DNA of 64,000 nucleotides from an uncultured Verrucomicrobiae bacterium (GTDB lineage Bacteria; Chlamydiota; Chlamydiia; Chlamydiales; Rhabdochlamydiaceae): NCBI GenBank assembly GCA_963813135.1, contig CAWEXY010000011.1, positions 160,001 to 224,000 of the forward strand, read 5' to 3'. Shown piece by piece: positions 58,906 to 64,000 of this stretch (position 1 is its first letter; each line of letters starts with the position of its first letter). The notes under the pieces were generated by a model. It saw only the letters and a program-made list of their open reading frames with translations, ran no database searches and was not told where the DNA came from. The position numbers and the translations under genes were made by a program.

Positions 58906-59727
58906 ATGAACCCTTATCACAGAATGTTTGAAAAAACGAGGACTTCTCCTCGGTATGATCAATTCTTAAAGCTTGTAAATCCATTAAAAGATCATTTTGG
59001 GATTAACCACTTTTGGTATTACAGAATTACCAAAACAGGGCTTTACTCATATATTGGCATGCATACGCAATGGGATGAGTTTTGTTTCGGAGATAGTTCT
59101 GTTGCAGAAATGCAAGAGCGTATTCGAACCCTTACCAATTTAAATGGCCTTCAATTGATGCAAACTCTCGCAAGCGATAGCGAGGCTATTAGAGAGATAT
59201 TTGATATGGCTTGGCACAAATTTAAGATTCGTTTTAGCTTAAATTTCGGCAAAGAAACGGCTGTAGGGATCGAAGGGTATGGATTCGCGTCCTATTTCAG
59301 CGACTATAAAGCCGACGAAAGGTTGTTGAACCAGCTGCCGCTGCTCCAATATTTTGCTCAGAATCTTCGGGCTAAAAATAGAAAGATTTTTGAGCTGCTC
59401 GACGATAACCAAGTCGATCTTTTTTCCCTATATGGAATGGATTTTATGGCCCGCCCTGATGCTGTTCGATTCCCTCGGGATAAAACCCAACTTCTCTATC
59501 AGTTAGAACTTGGATCGGTGCTCGAGCTCAGCTCTTTCGAGCTCGAAGTTTTTCGTTTTCTCCGTTATGGCTATCCAGCGCGGTATATCGCCAAACAACT
59601 TCGCAAAAGCGTAAGAACAATCGAAAATTACATGGCAGTGATTAAAGAAAAGCTCGGCTGTCATTCCAAGGTCCAGCTGATCCAAAAAGCCCAGGAAATC
59701 GACTCCATCGGCTACTTCAACGCATAA
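58906..59727 (+). CDS. LuxR-family HTH regulator with an N-terminal sensor-like domain
   Basis: LS..E..V...L..G.....IA..L..S.RTIENY...IK.KL.C.SK..L. AGGAGG RBS. Confidence 0.85.
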   Translation: MNPYHRMFEKTRTSPRYDQFLKLVNPLKDHFGINHFWYYRITKTGLYSYIGMHTQWDEFCFGDSSVAEMQERIRTLTNLNGLQLMQTLASDSEAIREIFDMAWHKFKIRFSLNFGKETAVGIEGYGFASYFSDYKADERLLNQLPLLQYFAQNLRAKNRKIFELLDDNQVDLFSLYGMDFMARPDAVRFPRDKTQLLYQLELGSVLELSSFELEVFRFLRYGYPARYIAKQLRKSVRTIENYMAVIKEKLGCHSKVQLIQKAQEIDSIGYFNA

Positions 59728-59881
59728 GCATAGATTCACTTTTTTACACCCCTTCGGCTCAAGAGAAGGGAGTATTTTATACTTGCTTGTTTGGTGTTTA
59801 GCACTCTCCGATAAATGGCCCCTTTGCCGCTTATAATGGCAGGTACCTTCAAGTGAAGGTATAACCAAAAAGGAGAAATTT

Positions 59882-60214
59882 ATGCCAGTGCAAGCAGCCG
59901 GTATCCCAAATGTGCCTCAAAGTGTGCATATTAGTTGGGATAAAGAGATCACAAAAAAGAATCTTAAAGAAACAGTAAAAAAGGGCCTCGATTTTGCTGC
60001 GCCTCATGCGAGAACTATAGCGCATGTGGCGGTGGAGGCATGTTCTAATCGCAGTCCGACCACAGCGGAGGCTGTTCTGGTTGACGAAGGTGTTACCCTT
60101 GCCAAAGGGTGTGTCCAAGGAGCTTGCGACAAAACAATCGATGTTACCGTCGATGCTGCCCATACGGCTTCCATCAAATCAGCACAGTGTTTTAAGAAAA
60201 GATGCCGCTGCTGA
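59882..60214 (+). CDS. Small hypothetical protein with a basic, Cys-rich C-terminus
   Basis: AAGGAG RBS, TATAAT at 59832. Ends CFKKRCRC. Confidence 0.6.
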   Translation: MPVQAAGIPNVPQSVHISWDKEITKKNLKETVKKGLDFAAPHARTIAHVAVEACSNRSPTTAEAVLVDEGVTLAKGCVQGACDKTIDVTVDAAHTASIKSAQCFKKRCRC

Positions 60215-60314
60215 TTACCCGCCATTCTTGCCAAGCGCAAGAAATGGAGAGCAGACTGGCCCTGCAAAGGGCCGGTCGCTCAATGGCAAAGTTAAATTAG
60301 GAGAAAGTGTATAT

Positions 60315-62348
60315 ATGACAGCACTAGTCACAGGAGTTAAGCGCGATGCTTATCTAGAAAATAGAATCTTTCTACGTCAGTATGATCCAGATGATGCTTC
60401 AGGAGCTGAAAGGTTAGAATTAGAAATCACTCACAAAAAATCTGGTGGCATTTTAAGAGAAACGCTGGATGTAGGAAATAGTTCGGTTAAAAAAACCTTT
60501 TCAAAATCCTTAAAGAAACGTTGTCATTTGCTGAGGCCATTCTGTTCTTTAGTTGCAGCAACTCCTACCGATGGGGCTTTAAAAAATCCGGAAAGTCTTC
60601 AACACACATGGGAGGTTGGCGAAGGTAGCATCGAATTATACCTCATAAATAATCAACGTTATAAACAGGCCAGTGAATTTGCAAAAAAATGTTTCGAACT
60701 TCAGGAGGTGTTTAACAAGAAATTGAATAAATTTCGGATTTTTCAAAACCCATTAGAAATAGCTATACTGAAATGTCTAACAAGTAAAGTAACAAAAATG
60801 TATAAAAAATGGGATCAAGATGCTAATGACGCAAAAGATAAAAATCTGCTGATTAGAATTCCTGGCCCAAATGTATCTGAAATATACATTCCCGATTCTT
60901 ACCCACATGGCACAATTCAATCATTATTAGATTATAAAGGAATAAAACAACTTAATAATAAGCTTGCCAAGCTGCCCAAATCATCAGTTGCTATAGATGA
61001 TAGTTTAATCAAATATAGCGATAGTCTTATTTGCAGATGGATTGTTGGCGATAAAGTAATAACACTTAATTGTCGGACAGAGAACAAAGAAGCGTTGGCT
61101 CGCCCATGGAATTCTATCGCATTGAAATTTTGCAATCTAATGACGAAAATTGAAAAGCTTAAAAAATTACCCTGTGGGCATCGGATTGAAGGGAAAGAGG
61201 GAGGAGTGGTAGCAAGTCTTCTTTTTGGAATCGGCTCGTTATTTGGAGCTGAAGATACCCGTGAAAGGGTTGTTACACAACCTGAAAATTTAGCCCTAAA
61301 AACACTATACCAAAGAATTTTATCTGAAACCGCTCGTTTGTGCAGCGCTGGCTATATAAAAAATTCGGATTTGGCGCAGCAATTTCGTAACCCGACAAAA
61401 AAGTTAGAGTTTCGGATTGCATCCATTGAGCAGCCTGATCATAACATCCAAACTTTTGCTCCCTCTATACTAGATGGAAGAACTGTAGATCAAGCTATTG
61501 ACTTCTTTAAGCAGTGCGATCCATTTGTTGATGACAACTCTGTACTTTTTGTTGAACCTTCATGTTCCGTGGATGGCTGGTCGGAGCCTATAGATTGTTC
61601 TGATAAGAGATTTCGTTATTTAGAAAGATGCGATAATGCCATCTGGCGATTATTTGATGAATTCACCTGCACAGCAAGTTCGATCCTCGCTAGTCCGAAT
61701 TGCGTGAAAATAATGGATGCCATATCCGAAGAATCAGCCGAGATAAAAGATTGGTATTTAAGAAAGCTAGTTGTAAAAATTGATAATGATGATACGCTTT
61801 TGTTTAATAGAATAAATTCTATGGAATTTAAGTTCACATCTGCTTTTAAAGAGAATTTATTTTTAACTGAAAATTCATGGATTGTCACCCTCATCAGCTA
61901 TAGTGAGCCACTTCCAGGTTGTTCTGTGGGCGACTCACAAGGTCATGCAATGCTTTTCTATGAAGGAATGAAGAAAGGACTCCCCTTTAGAAAATATATT
62001 CATTTAACAGATTCAGAGAGAATAAAAGCACAAACAATGGAAATACATAAATCTGTTTCATTTAGAAAAATGTTAGGGCCATACATTGTTAAAAGCGAGC
62101 AAGTCGAATTGATGGAAAAAGAATGCGATGGTAAGACGCGTCCTTTTGATAAGCTTGGTCCAATCAAAAATTTCATTGGGTGTAGAAAACCAGGATCTAA
62201 GGGATATGTGTATAATTGTTTAACTTTCTGCATCACGACAATGAATCGATATTTTGGTTCTAATTTGCCCTATCCCACACATCCAGGGCCCGATCGATAT
62301 ATTCAAGAGGCAAATGAAAGAGCAGCCGCAGGAAATAGTAACAGGTAA
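60315..62348 (+). CDS. Hypothetical protein with a C-terminal permuted papain-like (H...NC) domain
   Basis: AGGAG then ATG 60315. AT-rich. GHAMLFYEG...YIHL...YNCLTFC. Confidence 0.65.
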   Translation: MTALVTGVKRDAYLENRIFLRQYDPDDASGAERLELEITHKKSGGILRETLDVGNSSVKKTFSKSLKKRCHLLRPFCSLVAATPTDGALKNPESLQHTWEVGEGSIELYLINNQRYKQASEFAKKCFELQEVFNKKLNKFRIFQNPLEIAILKCLTSKVTKMYKKWDQDANDAKDKNLLIRIPGPNVSEIYIPDSYPHGTIQSLLDYKGIKQLNNKLAKLPKSSVAIDDSLIKYSDSLICRWIVGDKVITLNCRTENKEALARPWNSIALKFCNLMTKIEKLKKLPCGHRIEGKEGGVVASLLFGIGSLFGAEDTRERVVTQPENLALKTLYQRILSETARLCSAGYIKNSDLAQQFRNPTKKLEFRIASIEQPDHNIQTFAPSILDGRTVDQAIDFFKQCDPFVDDNSVLFVEPSCSVDGWSEPIDCSDKRFRYLERCDNAIWRLFDEFTCTASSILASPNCVKIMDAISEESAEIKDWYLRKLVVKIDNDDTLLFNRINSMEFKFTSAFKENLFLTENSWIVTLISYSEPLPGCSVGDSQGHAMLFYEGMKKGLPFRKYIHLTDSERIKAQTMEIHKSVSFRKMLGPYIVKSEQVELMEKECDGKTRPFDKLGPIKNFIGCRKPGSKGYVYNCLTFCITTMNRYFGSNLPYPTHPGPDRYIQEANERAAAGNSNR

Positions 62349-62383
62349 CGGCAGCCTGCAACTTTAAAATAAAAGGAGGCTAT

Positions 62384-63619
62384 ATGGCCACAGTAGTTTC
62401 AGCAGGATTTAAGATGGGTGAAGCACTGGCTTTAAGATCGGTGCTCGACGATTTGCAGAAAAGGGTGGATGGTTCCATTCAACAGGCGATCAATGTGGGA
62501 GAAAATGCAGGAATACGCCTGGAATTGGAAGCAGGAAGGCAGGTTACCCTGGCGATCCAGAATGCTAAAAATGCTTATCTGGAGAGTTTGGATCAAACAG
62601 TTGACCGCCTAGATGCTGTAGCTCGGTCGAGTCTTAATTCTCTTGCTTCCATGGTGCAAGAGATGGAAAACAAGGGTTCTTTAGAAATTAGCCGCATTGA
62701 AGCTGCGGCCCAACAGCTGATCAATACGCTCCCGTTTGCCAATACACATCCGCAATTGAAGAGCGTGCAGCCAAAATATGTTGTCTTGCCCAGTTCGGGT
62801 CGAGAGCTCACTCTGCAATTTTGGGGGAATTTCAAGGATGCTGCTCATCAACAATATGAGCCTTCTCTCGAAGTCGGCGGCCGTGTATATCACCCTATAA
62901 GCACGACGACGCAGAATCTGGCTTTTAGATGTTTCATAGATAAAACGAGCACGAGCCAATTTTCCTGCTTATCGGGTCTGTTGAAAATTCCTTTTGAAGC
63001 GGGAAAATTTTTTACCGAGAAATCCGTCGCCGAATATAAGATTTTGCTCCAAGTCCTTCCATCGAGCCCAGGGAAAATTAAGGTATATTACACCTCTAAA
63101 CAATCGGAAAAAATCATGCAAAATAAAACAGTTACTATTAATGCGCGGGCGGATAACGACTTTCCTGCACGCTCGGTAACTAAAACCGCAGTCATACATC
63201 CAGATTCAGGTTGGTCGATAGATCCCAGCTCCGTCCAAGGTCCTTTTGTGCATAAGGGCGCCCATGGCTCTCATGGTCAGCCTCAGATAGTCAGCAAAGA
63301 TAGTAATCAAATTGTCGCACAGGTAGGCTTGTCGGCCGTAGACGGCAAACATATGGGACGTATTGCATACGATGTTAGATTCTTCCAAGTACAACAAGTC
63401 CAGAAAATTGAAAAACGTCAAGAAGAGCTGGTTATCTTATGGCAAAATTCCAAAGTTTTGGATCATGAAAATAATGAAGAAGTTCACAAAATCGAGTTTG
63501 ATGCATTTGACGGGACTCATTCAGAATATGCGGGCCCTGATTTAAATAATCCCTACCTTAAAATTCGTTATGCCAATGGAAAATATCAGTTAAGTGCTGA
63601 AATGCCGCAGGATTTTTGA
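62384..63619 (+). CDS. Hypothetical protein (helical N-terminus, beta-rich C-terminus)
   Basis: 411 aa, AGGAGG RBS. Confidence 0.7.
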   Translation: MATVVSAGFKMGEALALRSVLDDLQKRVDGSIQQAINVGENAGIRLELEAGRQVTLAIQNAKNAYLESLDQTVDRLDAVARSSLNSLASMVQEMENKGSLEISRIEAAAQQLINTLPFANTHPQLKSVQPKYVVLPSSGRELTLQFWGNFKDAAHQQYEPSLEVGGRVYHPISTTTQNLAFRCFIDKTSTSQFSCLSGLLKIPFEAGKFFTEKSVAEYKILLQVLPSSPGKIKVYYTSKQSEKIMQNKTVTINARADNDFPARSVTKTAVIHPDSGWSIDPSSVQGPFVHKGAHGSHGQPQIVSKDSNQIVAQVGLSAVDGKHMGRIAYDVRFFQVQQVQKIEKRQEELVILWQNSKVLDHENNEEVHKIEFDAFDGTHSEYAGPDLNNPYLKIRYANGKYQLSAEMPQDF

Positions 63620-63779
63620 GTGCGGTTTGAGCGCCTTAGGAAATTCCTCAAATTGACCTCGTTTTTTATCTTCTTCCACGGAACTTACTCCTTTTTTAGA
63701 CAACTTAACCGGAGTATACTCCTTTTAAGTTCCTCAAGGACCAGTATAAGCAACTAAAGATTAGCACATTGGTATGAGA

Positions 63780-64000
63780 CTATCGAGGCTTTTTGACGAT
63801 AGAATTTTGATTTTCGAACGAAGAGAAGAAAGCGCGAAGCTTATCGAGGGCTTTGCGGCGGTGTGAAATGCGGTTTTTGAGCATCTCTTCAATTTGCGCA
63901 AAGGTCTCGGACGCATTTTTGGAGTCCTTCGGGAGATGCGACGGCCAGAAAACATTCGAAGTAGGCTTGGCGGTTGGGATCTGTCAGATCGCGCATTTCG
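63780..64000 (-). pseudogene. rdgB: 3' part of RdgB/HAM1 non-canonical purine NTP pyrophosphatase with an internal deletion and frameshift (runs off the window)
   Basis: Manual translation gives ...NRQAYFECFLAVASPEGLQKCVR in one frame and ETFAQIEEMLKNRISHRRKALDKL in another. The GFGYDP segment is absent. Confidence 0.75.

Noticed and set aside
60024..60314. N-terminal extension of the 774-aa ORF
   Set aside because: It overlaps the 59882 gene and the hairpin spacer. ATG 60315 has an AGGAG RBS.
63761..63955. 64-aa ORF from the track
   Set aside because: Wrong frame. The other two minus-strand frames carry the RdgB motifs.
1..64000. CRISPR array, rRNA, integrase or transposase
   Set aside because: I saw no regularly spaced direct repeats, rRNA-like sequence or recombinase/transposase motifs.

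Overview
The window is chromosomal DNA from a member of the Chlamydiae, probably an environmental lineage. This rests on thrS-parA-pGP6-D, a MOMP-like porin, a chlamydial-type sigma66 and gene blocks that match Chlamydia order from memory. The core backbone holds mreC, aspC/tyrB, rpoD, rpsT, dacB, recBCD, thrS, ung, ispA, recA, glk, oppA, yggT, dusB, acyP, a damaged rdgB and two tRNAs (Ala-GGC, Pro-GGG). AT-richer accessory genes interrupt it. The most notable are a 1101-aa NLR-like protein (PARP-type ADP-ribosyltransferase + STAND/NB-ARC ATPase + TPR), an SH2-like protein coupled to a 1014-aa signal-less OppA fusion, a LuxR-led block with a permuted papain-like candidate effector, a PIN-like gene beside a HigBA-like pair, and a degenerate sirtuin with a signal peptide. 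Non-coding signals include a DnaA-box cluster (candidate oriC, ~39.7 kb), at least two families of palindromic elements (one translated inside dacB, one MITE-like at the dusB 3' end) and several apparently leaderless promoters. Several frameshifts, including one in recA, probably reflect consensus errors and need a read-level check. All calls come from motif recognition by eye; no searches were run.
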